64,000 bases of DNA from Cycas panzhihuaensis (Eukaryota > Plantae > Cycadophyta): the NCBI GenBank assembly GCA_023213395.1, contig CM041465.1, forward strand, positions 204,049,741 to 204,113,740. The letters run 5' to 3'. Below are positions 11,001 through 23,000 of this stretch, piece by piece. A program made the position numbers and the translations under genes. Position 1 is the first letter of the stretch, and the number at the start of each line of letters is the position of its first letter. The notes under the pieces are model-generated. The model saw only the letters and a program-made list of their open reading frames with translations, was not told the origin of the DNA and did no database searches.

Positions 11001-14000
11001 GGGGTCCTTGTTGAACATTCCAAGAATCGCGGGGAATTACGTTCAATTGGATTTTGCGATCGCCGAATGCAAGACCATAGTAAAACATATCCAGCACTGC
11101 TAGGGCGGCCATGGTTGCTGGCAACAAAGGCCTTGCAGGATTGGGGAAGATTGACTTTTACCTTGTATTCTGCAAGAAAGAAAGTTGTACTGTCTCAATG
11201 TTCAGATGGTCCGCATGTTGAAAAGATAGAAGATGAAGACCAAATGTCCTCAACAACAAAGATCAACGACCACGACAAGAAGTCCTGCTCGTAGACAAAG
11301 ATTCCAAGCATTGAAGACCCCTCCACAGATGGCGAGTGAGACTTCATCTGCATATCTACTAGACTGGTTACAATCAGCTTGGGAAGAAACTGGAGAATCC
11401 TCAAAATGTTACCTGATGGAATTATGTTTGGATGAATCAAGTAAAGGTAACAATGTATCATGGGATTCTAAAGAAGATGATGTAATTCTTCCTTTTAATA
11501 AAATACAAAATGATTGCTTGTATGAATTGTCTAAAAATACGGCATGTTCTGAAGAAGATTCTAAAGAAGAAAGGAATTTTCCTAGAACATATTCTGTTGT
11601 TGAGTATGGGAATAAGGAAATTTTGCAGACACCAGCTTATGAATTAAACTCGGATGGAAAATCTGTTCAAAGGGAAAAGCTTCAGCTCAAACCCATTAAT
11701 GTAGGGACATAAGACAATCTAAAGTGTATACAATTAGGTGATTATTGGGAACCTGCAATGATGCAAGAAGCTACCTCTCTTTTTCAAGAATTTAAAGATG
11801 TCTTCGCATGGTCTTATAAAGACCTAAAAGGAATTCCTCCAGCGTTAGGAGAACACAGAATTGAGCTAATGGAAAATACAAAACCAGTAAGGCAAAGACC
11901 TTACAGGATGAATCTGCGCTATAAGGAGCAACTAAAGATAGAATTAGATAAATTATTAGAAGCCAGATATATATTTGAGGTAGAAAACAGTGAATGGGTA
12001 AGCCCGGTGGTGGTAGTACCCAAAAAGAGTGGAAAATTACGTATATGCGTTGATTACAGAGCTTTGAATAAAGCAACAAAGAAAGATCCATTTCCCATAC
12101 CCTTCACTGAAGATGTGCTGGAGAAAGTAGCAGGATATGAGATTTTCTCCTTCACAGATGGCTTCAGTGGTTATAATCAAGTTCGTATTGCACTTGAGGA
12201 CCAATTGAAGACAACATTTGTTATGGAATGGGGGACATATGCATATAGGGTCATGCCATTTGGGCTGACAAATGCTCTCGCAACCTTTCAAAGGGTGATC
12301 TTAAACATCTTTTGGAAATTATTGGGGAAAGCAGTGGAGGTATTTCTAGATGATTGGACTCTGTATAGTACAATAGAAAAACATTTGTCTCAATTAAGGC
12401 TAATGTTAGAATTGTGCAGGAAAGCGATTATGCTTAAATCCGCACAAATGTACCTTCACGTACCGTTTGGATCATTCTTTGGGACATATTGTCTCGAAGG
12501 ATGGAAGCCCGACCCGGCAATGGTAGAGGTAATTTTGAGATTCCCTGTTCCTCAAACGCCAAAAAACCTGAAAGGTTTCTTAGGAATGACTGGTTATTAC
12601 CGGAAATTTATAAGAAATTATGCTCGGATAGCCCATCCTCTAGAGTCCTTGCTGAAAAAAGCTATGAAATGGGAATGGACACTTCAACAACAACTGTCTT
12701 TTGATGCTCTGAAGAAAAAGATAATTGAAGCTCCTGTGCTTAAATTTCCAGACTGGAACAAACCGTTCCATGTTCATGTAGATGCATCACGGTATGCCAT
12801 TAGCTGTGTGTTGGCCCAACCAGAAGATGAAAAAATAGATCTTCCAATTGCCTTTGCACGTAGAAAGTTGACATCCGCCGAGCGTAACTATACAGTTACC
12901 GAACGAGAGGGATTAGGCATGGTGTATGCCCTGCAGAAGTTTTGGCATTACTTGTTAGCAAATCCATTTGTATTTTTTGTGGATCATCAAGCTCTTCAAT
13001 ACTTGATTAATAAACCAATTTTGCAGGGGAGAATTAGCCGCTGGTTAATGTTGTTTCAGGAATTTATGTTCAAAATTGTGGTAAAAAAGGGGGAGAAACA
13101 CATCATACCAGATCAATTGTCACGAATAAAAGACAATGGGAAAGGTAAGGGAGTATTTGATGATTTTCCAGATCATAAATTATTCTCAGTTGAGGCCGTG
13201 CCAGCATGGTACAAGGGAATCGCAGAGTATTTAACCACAGGACAAACACCTCAAGGATTGGAAAGGGTTGAAAGGAAAAGTTTTATTAAGAAAACTTTTC
13301 CATTCCAACTAATAGGTGGTATGTTGTATAAACTGGGACCTGACGGAATTCTGCGAAGGTGTATACTTCAACATGAAGTAGAACCGTTGCTGAAGGAGCC
13401 TCATGAAGGGATAGCTACAACACATCACAGAGGAGAAGTCACAGCCAGAAAAGTTTTGACAGCAGGATTATGGTGGCCTACATTGTTCGAAGATGCGGAA
13501 AAGTGGGTAAAAACCTGTGATATTTGTCAAAGAGCAGGTAAGCCATCAAAACAGAACTTTATGCCGCTTCATCCAATACTGGCCCAAGCTCCATTTGAAA
13601 AATGGGGATTGGATTTTGTTGGACCAATCAGTCCACCAGCAAGAAAGACGAATGCAAGGTATATATTGGTAGCCACAGACTTTTTAACCAAATGGACTGA
13701 GGCAAAACCAATGAAAAAGTGTGATGCAAGAAGCACAGCTCGCTTCTTGTATGAAGTTATTATTATAAGGTTTGGTTGTCCTTTGGAAATTGTGTCTGAT
13801 CAAGGAGGAGCTTTCCTGAATCAGACAATCAGATATTTGACTACAGAATTTTTCATTCAACATTGAAGATCTTCACCATATTACCCTAGAGCAAATGGGC
13901 AAGTGGAAAGTACAAACAAAATTCTGAAGATTGCTTTGATGAAAATTTGCAATGGAAAACAAACCGATTGGGCAGAAAAATTGCATTCAGTCCTCTGGGC

Positions 14001-14457
14001 AGACAGAATGGTAAAGAAGCGATCACATAAACAAACACCATTTCAATTGGTGTATGGTTTGGAAGCTGTCATTCCTCTTGAATTTCAAGCAGAAAGCCTG
14101 AGAGTGGCACAATACCTCAGGACAAATCCCGAAATTTCCCTCGACCAGCGGTTGATCTAGTTAATGAAGCTGGACGAAACCCGAGCATGAGCACTATGGG
14201 AATTAAGAATAGAAAAGAAAAGACGGAAAGCATGGCATGATCGCCACATCAAAAAGCCTGAATTTAAGGTAAATGATTTGGTATTATTGTATGATAGTAA
14301 GTTTAAATTTAAACCGGGAAAAATGAAAATTAGATGGCTAGAACCATATAGAATTCAATTTATTTATGAAAATGGAGCAGTCAGATTGCAGTAGTTGGAC
14401 GGACAGCCGTTGACTAAATTAGTCAATGGCAGCAGACTGAAATTATATAGAATGTAA
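8004..14457 (+). pseudogene. gag-pol polyprotein of element A (disrupted by stops and frameshifts)
   Basis: ATG 8004 (MPPRVN). Capsid (QFDGSGDP..HL, AWY) 9392-9988; zinc knuckles ~10090-10400; protease VVDGGSGVNV ~10875; RT (LRICVDYRALN, DGFSGYNQ, MPFGL, FLDD); RNase H (HVDAS); integrase (HHCC zinc finger, WGLDFVGP, SDQG). Confidence 0.95.
8401..8905 (+). repeat. 69-bp (23-aa) tandem repeat, ~8 units, in the Gag N-terminal extension of A
   Basis: AAACCCAGTCAGGGTTGCGCC-like starts at ~8401, 8469, 8538, 8608, 8677, 8746, 8815, 8885. Unit QTQSGLRQVEAEKLLENQQEEGR. Mirrored in B at ~25580-26085. Confidence 0.92.
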
Positions 14458-15009
14458 AAAAAAAAAAGGGGGGGGGGTAAAATCACTGTCATCAAGAAAC
14501 AGTATGAAAGCGGTACATGGAAATAGGACATGGACAGCAGAGATACGACCAGTAGCAGCAATGTCATCAGCGACGGGGACAAAGTGACGGCAATCTGATC
14601 GAGGCATGGAAATTGACGCCAAGATGTTGGAAGACGGAAACAGACTGACGGAAAATGACTGACGGAAATGGATTGACGGCGGGAAAGTGACTGACGGGAA
14701 AAGTAATGACGGATGGCGAGAGAATGGATCTGAAAGCGTCAATGCGATGGACGGATGACGCGACCGCTCATAAATACCATCATCATAACATGAGCGCGAA
14801 GATTGTAACCATGATGATAATACGGTGTGTCATCAAATCGGAAAGACAAGACAATAAAGCCTATAACGGCCATGACCGGTATGATACCGACACTGTTTTT
14901 GGTCGCCCGCAGAATTGAAAGGCTAGTTTACTGCCAGTACATCGCAGGTACCACAAATAACAGCGATAGCAGCCAAGAGGTGGAAAAGATGGCAGGTACA
15001 GTGGAAGGA

Positions 15010-16664
15010 ATGGCGCCAGCAATTTTAGTCCGGGAGAATGATGATAGACGAATTCGAGAAGAATGGATAATGATCCCAGAAAACGATAGGAGATGCCAGC
15101 TACTCTGTCAAATAGAATTGCAAAAATTTGTGACAGTAGGAATATTTGGAAATGCGGAGGAGTTTATGCAAAGAATACTTCCTTTGCTGGCGAAGTACCT
15201 GCAAATGGTGCAAATCACAGAGGAAGAGTTAATGGCAGCCACCGGCCTGCCAAACAAGGCGTCAAAAATCCGTCGAGATACCTTGTTATCTCATGAAGAA
15301 GCAGCAAGGATTATGGGAGCAGCGAGCAACGACGCGACATCAGCAGGAATCCGGATAGCAGGGATAGAAGATTCGAATAAGCGCTTCCTCGCCCAGTTGA
15401 TTTTCTCAAAATTATACTTACGCAGAAGAATGCATTTGCGCCGAGCAACTTGCGAACCATGCTAAATGAGGTAGCCCATGGAAGAGTATTCAACTGGGCA
15501 AAATTTGTAAAGCAAAAACTCTTGGATGCTTTACAGGCTATTAGAAGATCTAGTAGACCTGTTCCCTTCTATTATGTTACAACTTTGCAGGGTATTCTTT
15601 TATTTCAATGTCCTGGTATTAGGATGCCCAATGGAACGGAGCAGCAGTCCCCTTTAGCCATATGGACAAACGAAAAGATAGGAAGATGGGAAAAAGAACA
15701 AGTACAAGTACAAGCTTGGATAGAAAAGCTATACCAAGCGAATGAAATAGCGCCAGGAGTTCCACGGTACAGCAACGAAGGGGAAAGAGAAGGTCAGCGG
15801 GAACCGGGAGCAAGTTCCGACTGAAGACACGCCTCTGATAGAGGTAGCAAGCGGGGAACGAGTTCGGAAAACACCTAAAGTGGTGGAAGTGAGGAGAGAA
15901 GCGGGCTGAAGCAGAAAGTGTCTCATGTAAGAGAAACAAAAAGCATGTAAGAGGAAGTCATAGCAGAAAAGAAACAAAAGTCAGCGCAACAAAAGCAGGC
16001 GAGAAATATTAGAGATTTTGGACAACCACCATAGGAAGTGGAGTTTAACACGAGCAATGAGGTACTAGAAGAAGGTTTAGATCCAATGGAGTGCGATGCA
16101 CAAGACGTCGCAACTTGGAGAATATCCTTTCTGGCAAAAGTAACCAAGCAGTTGGTTACAGAATTGGAAAGCAGGGCCAAACCGCCAGATGAATCTTTGA
16201 AAAAGATTCATCAGATCACGGAAAATAAGTTGGAATCCCTGAAGGCATTTATAATAGACTGGGTGGACGACATTAATGAACTTGGTCCACAAGTGGCAGA
16301 ATTTCGAAGAAGATTCAACAAACACATCCCAGTGGACATGCAATTGGTTTATCATCGGTTGGGAGCATGGATCATAAAATCGGATGAAGAGTCGGAGCGA
16401 TGTAAAAATCTTTGGAAAGAACGCAAGGCATACAGGGAGCATTTGGAGTTAACAGAAAGGGTCAATATGGAACTCAATCAAGAAATTGACCAGTTACAAT
16501 TAGGAGAAAAACCAACATTGGCCTTGCTAGATACAATGTAGGATGTTGCAATGTTATGTAAGTATTTGAAACAGAAAGGACTGAAGGTACCTCCTCACAT
16601 TGCGGAACCGGAGATGGAATATATACGCCGTGAGAGAATAAAGATAAAGGAAAGAAGGAACTAA
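15010..16664 (+). pseudogene. Extra 3' ORF (ORF3, Athila env-like position) of element A, disrupted
   Basis: ORF pieces 14827-15465, 15450-15824 and 16038-16541 join. Motifs ITEEELMAATGLP, GRVFNWAKFVKQKL, PVPFYYVTTLQGILL, then a charged coiled-coil-like C-terminus. MAPAIL start shared with B. Confidence 0.8.
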
Positions 16665-16716
16665 TTTTTTTTTGTGAACGAGTATGTTACTCGTTCAAAA
16701 GAGGCGGTCGGGAAGA

Positions 16717-17265
16717 TGTGTGTAGGGAAAAGTAGTTGATTTTGCTGCTATAACTACTACAAGGCTGCTACGCGACTGCGGCTTCTGCCATGACAGCTGC
16801 TACAGTGCGACAATCGCTACGCAGGTGGTGGCCCTTTCTGACTGCGGCGGCGCTACATAGCTGCGGCGGCGCTACACGCGGTGATCGCCAGCTGCGATGG
16901 TGCTACGTAACTACTAGCCAGTTGCTATTCGGGCAGCAAATGGATCTGTCCCGGCGTGGCGGACCCATAACGATTACAAGAAATAACTTATTTTTAGGAA
17001 ACAGTTATGTAACGTCCATAATTTGTATATAAAAGTAGGAACCGCAATGTGCGGAACATACTTCAGTTTGCATACGTGCAATTGTAATAGTGCTGCGCCA
17101 CGTGTGAGGCGACCATTACATCTTGATACGGCGGGCGTCTGGTTGTGAGAGGACCAGACGCAGTGCCATGTTTTGAATGAAAGCAATTCCAAATGATTTC
17201 ACCCCCAACGTGTGTGTCTTTCTCTTTGCATTCTGTATGTTACAAGTATGATTGAGACGCACACA
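16717..17265 (+). repeat. 3' LTR of element A
   Basis: Preceded by the PPT; TG..CA; followed by TSD AAAAT. Confidence 0.95.
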
Positions 17266-17270
17266 AAAAT

Positions 17271-17774
17271 CATTCGGATTTGCTTTCATTCAGAAACATG
17301 GCACTGCGTCTGGTCCTCTCACAACCGCACCGCCGTATCAGCAGTAATGGCGCCCTAACACGGCGCAAAGACTATTACAATTACATGTATGCAACCGAAT
17401 CATGTTCGCGCATTGCGTTCCAACTTTTATATACAAATTATGGAAGTTACATAACCATTTCCTAATAATAAGTTATTTCTTGTAACTCATGGGTACGCCT
17501 TGCTGCACCCATTTTCACCCGAATAGCACCGGGTAGTAGTTGCCGATGCGTAGCGATGCGCCACATTACATAGCAATTCCAGCGATCGGCGTAGCGATCG
17601 CCGCGATCGCGTAGCGATTCTGCGACTCTGTAATAGTTTCATAGCGACCACAGAGTAGTTGTAGCGATCACTGTGACCACAGTAGTTGTAGCGATCCGTG
17701 ACCACAGTAGTTGTAGCATCCAGTGTACTTGTAGTAGTTGTAGCAACAAAATCAACTACTTTTCCCTACACACA
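17271..17774 (-). repeat. 3' LTR of element B (major part; remaining 71 bp at 7303-7373)
   Basis: Reverse complement of the family LTR. 7303-7373 joined to 17271 onward reconstitutes GTTGGGGGTAAAATCATTCGG, like the intact LTR at ~26603-26622. Confidence 0.95.
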
Positions 17775-17826
17775 TCTTCTCGGCCGCCTCTTTTGAATGA
17801 GTAACATACTCGTTCACCAAAAAAAT

Positions 17827-19461
17827 TTAATTCCTTCTCTCCTTTATCTTTATTCTCTCGCGACGTATATATTCCATCTTCAGTTCCGCAATATGAGGAG
17901 GTACCTTCAGTCCTTTCTATTTCAAATATTTACATAACATTGCGACATCCTGCATTGTATCTAACAAGGCCAGTGTTGGTTTTTCTCCTGATTGCAACTG
18001 GTCGATTTCTTGGTTGAATTCCATATTGACCCTCTCTGTTAACTCCAAATGCTCCCTGTATGCCTTACGTTCTTTCCAAAGATTCTTACATCGCTCTGAA
18101 TCTTCATCCGATTTTATAATCCATGCTCCCAGTCGATGATAGACCGGTTGCATGTCCACTGGAATGTGTTTGTCGAATCTTCTTCGAAACTCCGCCACTT
18201 GTGGTCCGATTTCGTTAATATCGTCCACCCACTCCATTATAAATGCTTTCAGGGATTCCAACTTATTTTCCATAATCTGATGAATCTTTTTCAAAGATTC
18301 ATCTGGCGGTTTGGCCCTGCTTTCCAGTTTCATAACCAACTGTCTAGTTACTTTTGCCAGAAAGGATGTTCTCCAAGTTGCGACGTCCTGTGCATCGCAT
18401 TCCATTGAATCTAAACCTTCTTCCAGTACCTCCTTGCTCGTGTTAAACTCCACTTTGGTACGATTGTCCAAAATCTCTAATATTCTCATTTCGTTTTCTT
18501 GTGCTGACTTTTTCTCTCTTGTGCTGACTTCTGTTTCTCTTATACTACTGCTTTCCTCTTACGCACATTTACCGTCTGCTTTGCCCGCTTTCTCTCCTCA
18601 CTTCGCCACTTGGGCATTTTCGAACTCTTTCCTCGCTTGCTACCTGCCATCTGTGGCGTGTCCTCAATTCTGGAACTTGCTCCCGGTTCCCAGTCGACCT
18701 TCTCTTTCCCCTTCTGCGTTGCCGGCTATGGAACTCCGGGCGCCATTTCATTCGCTTGGTATAGCTTTTCTATCCAAGCTTATACTTGTTCTTTTTCCCA
18801 TCTTCCTATCTTTTCGTTTGTCCATATGGCTAAAGGAGACTATTTGCTATGTTGGGCATCCTAATATTAGGACACTGAAATAAAAGAATACCCTGCAAAA
18901 TTGTAACATAATAGAAGGGAACAGGTCTACTAGATCTTCTAATGGCCTCTAAAGCATCCAAGAGTTTCTGCTTTACAAATCTTGCCCAGTTGAATACTCT
19001 TCCCTGGGCTACCTCATTTAACATAGTTCGCAGGTTGCTCAGGGCAAACGCACTCTTCTGCGTAAGTATAATTTTTGAGAAAATGAATGGGCGAGAAGCG
19101 CTTATGGGTCTTCTATCCTCGCTATCCCGATTCCTCGACATCGCGCCGCTGCTCCCATAATCCTTGCTGCTTCTTCGCGAGATAACAAGGTATCTCGACG
19201 GATTTCTAACCCTTTATTTGGCAGACCAGTGGCTGCCATTAACATTTCTTTTGTAATCTGTACCATTTGCGGGTACTTCGCCAGCAATGGAAGTATTCTT
19301 TGCATAGTCTCTTCCGCGTTTCCAAATATTCCTACTGTCACGAACCTCTCCAACTCCGTTTGACAGACTAGCTAGCGTTTCTTGTCGCCTTCTGGGATCA
19401 TTATCCACTCTTCCCGAATTCTGGCATCATCGTTTTCCTGGACTAAAATTGCTGGCGCCAT
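17827..19461 (-). pseudogene. Extra 3' ORF (ORF3) of element B, disrupted
   Basis: Pieces 19372-19575, 19102-19353, 18830-19141, 18569-18751 and 17917-18489 are homologous to ORF3 of A. Confidence 0.8.
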
Positions 19462-19989
19462 TTCCTCCGCTATACTTACAATCCTTTCGCTGCTGTCACT
19501 GTATTTGTGGTACCTGCAATGAAGTTGTGGAAAACCAGCCTTCCAATTCCGCGGGCAAAACAACGTCGGTATCATACCGGTTCGTGGCCTTTATAGGCTT
19601 TATTTTTCGATTTGACGACCTCAATTAATCATACCGTATCATCATCATGGTTACGATCTTACGCGCTCGATTATGATGATAGTATTTATGAGCGATCGCA
19701 TCATCCGTCCGTCTTTTTCAAATTTATCGTCCCGCCGTCCGTCAGCGGTCATATCCAGTCATTACTTTCCCGTCGTGATTGCCGTCGATCGGTTTGCCGT
19801 CACTTTTCGCCGTCAGTTGTCGTGCCGTCAATTCTCGTCGCAGTGTAATTGCCATCGATTCGTTTGCCGTCACTTTTTACCGTCAGTCTACCACCGGTCT
19901 CTTTCCGTCGCTGATGTCATCGCTGTTGGTTACATCTCTGTTGTCCACTGTTGGACACATTCTGTTCCCATGTCTTTCGTCTTCGTCTC

Positions 19990-20007
19990 TTAATGATGAT
20001 TTTTTTT

Positions 20008-20038
<31 letters not shown>

Positions 20039-23000
20039 TATATTCTATATAATTTTAGTCTGCTGCCATTGACTAATTTAGTCAATGGCTGTCCGTCCAA
20101 CTGCTGCAATCTGACTGCTCCGTTTTCATAAATGAATTGAATCTTATATGGTCCTAACCATCTAATTTTCATCTTTCCCGGTTTAAATTTAAATTTACTA
20201 TCATACAATAATACCAAATCATTTACCTTAAATTCAGGCTTTTTGATGTGGCGATCATGCCATGCTTTCCGTCTTTTCTTTTCTATTCTCAATTCCCATA
20301 GTGCTCGTGCTTGGGTTTCGTCCAGCTTCATTAACTGGATCAACCGCTGATCGAGGGAAATCTCAAGATTTGTCCTAAGGTATTGTGCCACTCTCAAGCT
20401 TTCTGCTTGAAATTCAAGAGGAACGACAGCTTCCAAACCATACACCAATTGAAATGGTGTTTGTTTATGTGATCGCTTCTTTCTGCTTACATGCGCGAGA
20501 GGACTAAATGCAATTTTTCTGCCCAATCGGTTCGTTGTCCATTGCAAATTTTCATCAAGGCGATCTTCAGAATTTTGTTTGTACTTTCCATTTGCCCATT
20601 TGCTCTAAGGTAATATGGTGAAGATCTTCGATGTTGAATGAAAATTTCTGTAGTAAAATATCTGATTGTCTGATTCAGGAAAGCTCCTCCTTGATCAGAA
20701 AGGACAACCAAACCTTATAATAATAACTTCATACAAGAAGCGAGCTGTGCTTCTTGCATCACACTTTTTCATTGGTTTTGCCTCAGTCCATTTGGTTAAA
20801 AAGTCTGTGGCTACCAATATGTACCTTGCATTCGTCTTTCTTCTTGGTGGGTGATTGGTCCAACAAAATCCAATCCCCATTTTTCAAATGGAGCTTGGGC
20901 CAGTATGGGATGAAGCGGCATAAAGTTTTGTTTTGATGGCTTACCTGCTCTTTGACAGATATCACAGGTTTTTACCCATTTTTCTGCATCTTCGAACAAT
21001 GTAGGCCACCATAATCCTGCTGTCAATACTTTTCTGGCTGTGACTTCTCCTCTGTGATGTGTTGCAGCTATCCCTTCATGGGCTTCTTTCAGCAATGGTT
21101 CTACTTCATGTTCAAGTATACACCTTCGCAGAACTCCATCAGGTCCTAATTTATACAACATACCACCTATTAGTTGGAATGGAAAAGTTTTCTTAATAAA
21201 ACTTTTCATTTCAACCCTTTCCAATCCTTGAGGTGTTTGTCCTGTTGTTAAATACTCTGTGATTCCCTCGTACCATACCGGCACGGCCTCAACTAAGAAT
21301 AATTTATGATCTGGAAAATCATCAAATACTCCCTTACCTTTTCCATTGTCTTTTATTCGTGACAATTGATCTGGTATAATGTGTTTCTCCGCCTTTTTTA
21401 CCACAATTTTGAACATGAATTCCTGAAATAACATTAGCCAGCGGCTAATTCTCCCCTGCAAAATTGGTTTATTAATCAGGTATTGAAGAGCCTGATGACC
21501 CACAAAAAATACAAATGGATTGGCCAACAAGTAATGCCGAAACTTCTGCAGGGCATATACCATGCCTAATCCTTCCCGTTCGGTAAACGTATAGTTACGC
21601 TCAGCGGATGTCAACTTTCTACTTGCAAAAGCAATTGGAAGATCTATTTTTTCATCTTCCGGTTGGGCCAACACACAGCAAATGGCATACAGTGATGCAT
21701 CAACATGGACATGGAACGGTTTGTTCCAGTCTGGAAACTTGAGCACAGGAACTTCAACTATCTTCTTCTTCAGAGCATCAAAAGATAGTTGTTGTTGTAG
21801 TGCCCATTCCCACTTCGTGGCTTTTTTCAGCAAGGACTCTAGAGGATGGGCTATCCGAGCATAATTTCTTATAAATTTCCGGTAATAACCGGTCATTCCT
21901 AAGAAACCTTTAAGGTTTTTTGGCGCTTGAAGAACAGGGAATCTCAAAATTACCTCCACCTTTGCCGGGTTAGTCTTCAATCCATCCTTCGAGACAATAT
22001 GTCCCAGCAATGATCCAAATGGTACCAGAAAGGTACATTTGTCTGGATTTAAGCATAGTCTACTTTCCCTGGCACAATTCTAACATTAACCTTAATTGAG
22101 ACAAATGTTTTTCTATTGTACTATACAGAGTCCAATCATCTAGAAATACCTCCACTGCTCTCCCCAACAATTTTCTAAAGATGTTTAAGATCACCCTTTG
22201 GAAGGTTGCGGGAGCATTTGTCAGCCCAAATGGCATGACCCTATATGCATATGTCCCCCATTCCGTAACAAATGTTGTCTTCAATTGATCCTCAAGTGCA
22301 ATACGGACTTGATTATAACCACTGAAGCCATCTGTGAATGAGAAAATCTCATGTCCCACTACTTTCTCCAGCACATCTTCAGTGAAGGGTATGGGGAATG
22401 GATCTTTCTTCGTTGCTTTATTCAAAGCTCTGTAATCAACGCATATGCGTAACTTCCCACTCTTTTTGGGTACTACCATTACCGGGCTTACCCATTCACT
22501 GTTTTCAACCTCAAATATATATCCGGCTTCTAATAATTTATCTAATTCTATCTTTACTTGCTCCTTATAGCGCGGATTCATCCTGTAAGGTCTTTGCCTT
22601 ACTGGTTTTGTATTTTCCATTAGCTCAATTCTGTGTTCACCTAACTCTGGAGGAATTCCTTTTAGGTCTTTGTAAGACCATGCAACGACATCCTTAAATT
22701 CTTGGAAAAGAGAGGTAGCTTCTTGCATCATTGCAGGTTCCCAATAATCACCTAATTGTATACACTTGGGGTTGTCTTCTGTCCCCACATTAATGGGTTT
22801 GAGCTGGAGCTTTTCCCTCTGAACAGATTTTCCATCCGAGTTTAGTTCATAAGCTGGTGCCTGCAAAATTTCCTTATTCCCATACTCAACAACAGAATAT
22901 GTTCTAGGAAAATTCCTTTCTTCTTTAGAATCTTCTTCAGAACATGCCGTATTTTTAGACAATTCATACAAGCAATCATTTTGTACTTTATTAAAAGGAA

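Larger units (their letters stand above)
7374..17265 (+). mobile_element. Athila-like Ty3/Gypsy element A (full length), same family as B
   Basis: TG..CA LTRs 7374-7941 and 16717-17265. TSD AAAAT at 7369-7373 and 17266-17270. PBS 7945-7960; PPT AAAAGAGGCGGTCGGGAAGA 16697-16716. No chromodomain or second RNase H seen. Confidence 0.97.

Noticed and set aside
11792-12704. Alternative-frame and antisense ORFs over pol (also mirrored in B)
   Set aside because: Shadow ORFs of the RT region; recurrence in A and B reflects their recent common origin.
17138-17160. Similarity of CTGGTTGTGAGAGGACCAG to an rRNA helix or ribozyme
   Set aside because: Match too short, no flanking rRNA similarity and no hammerhead CUGANGA/GAAA core.
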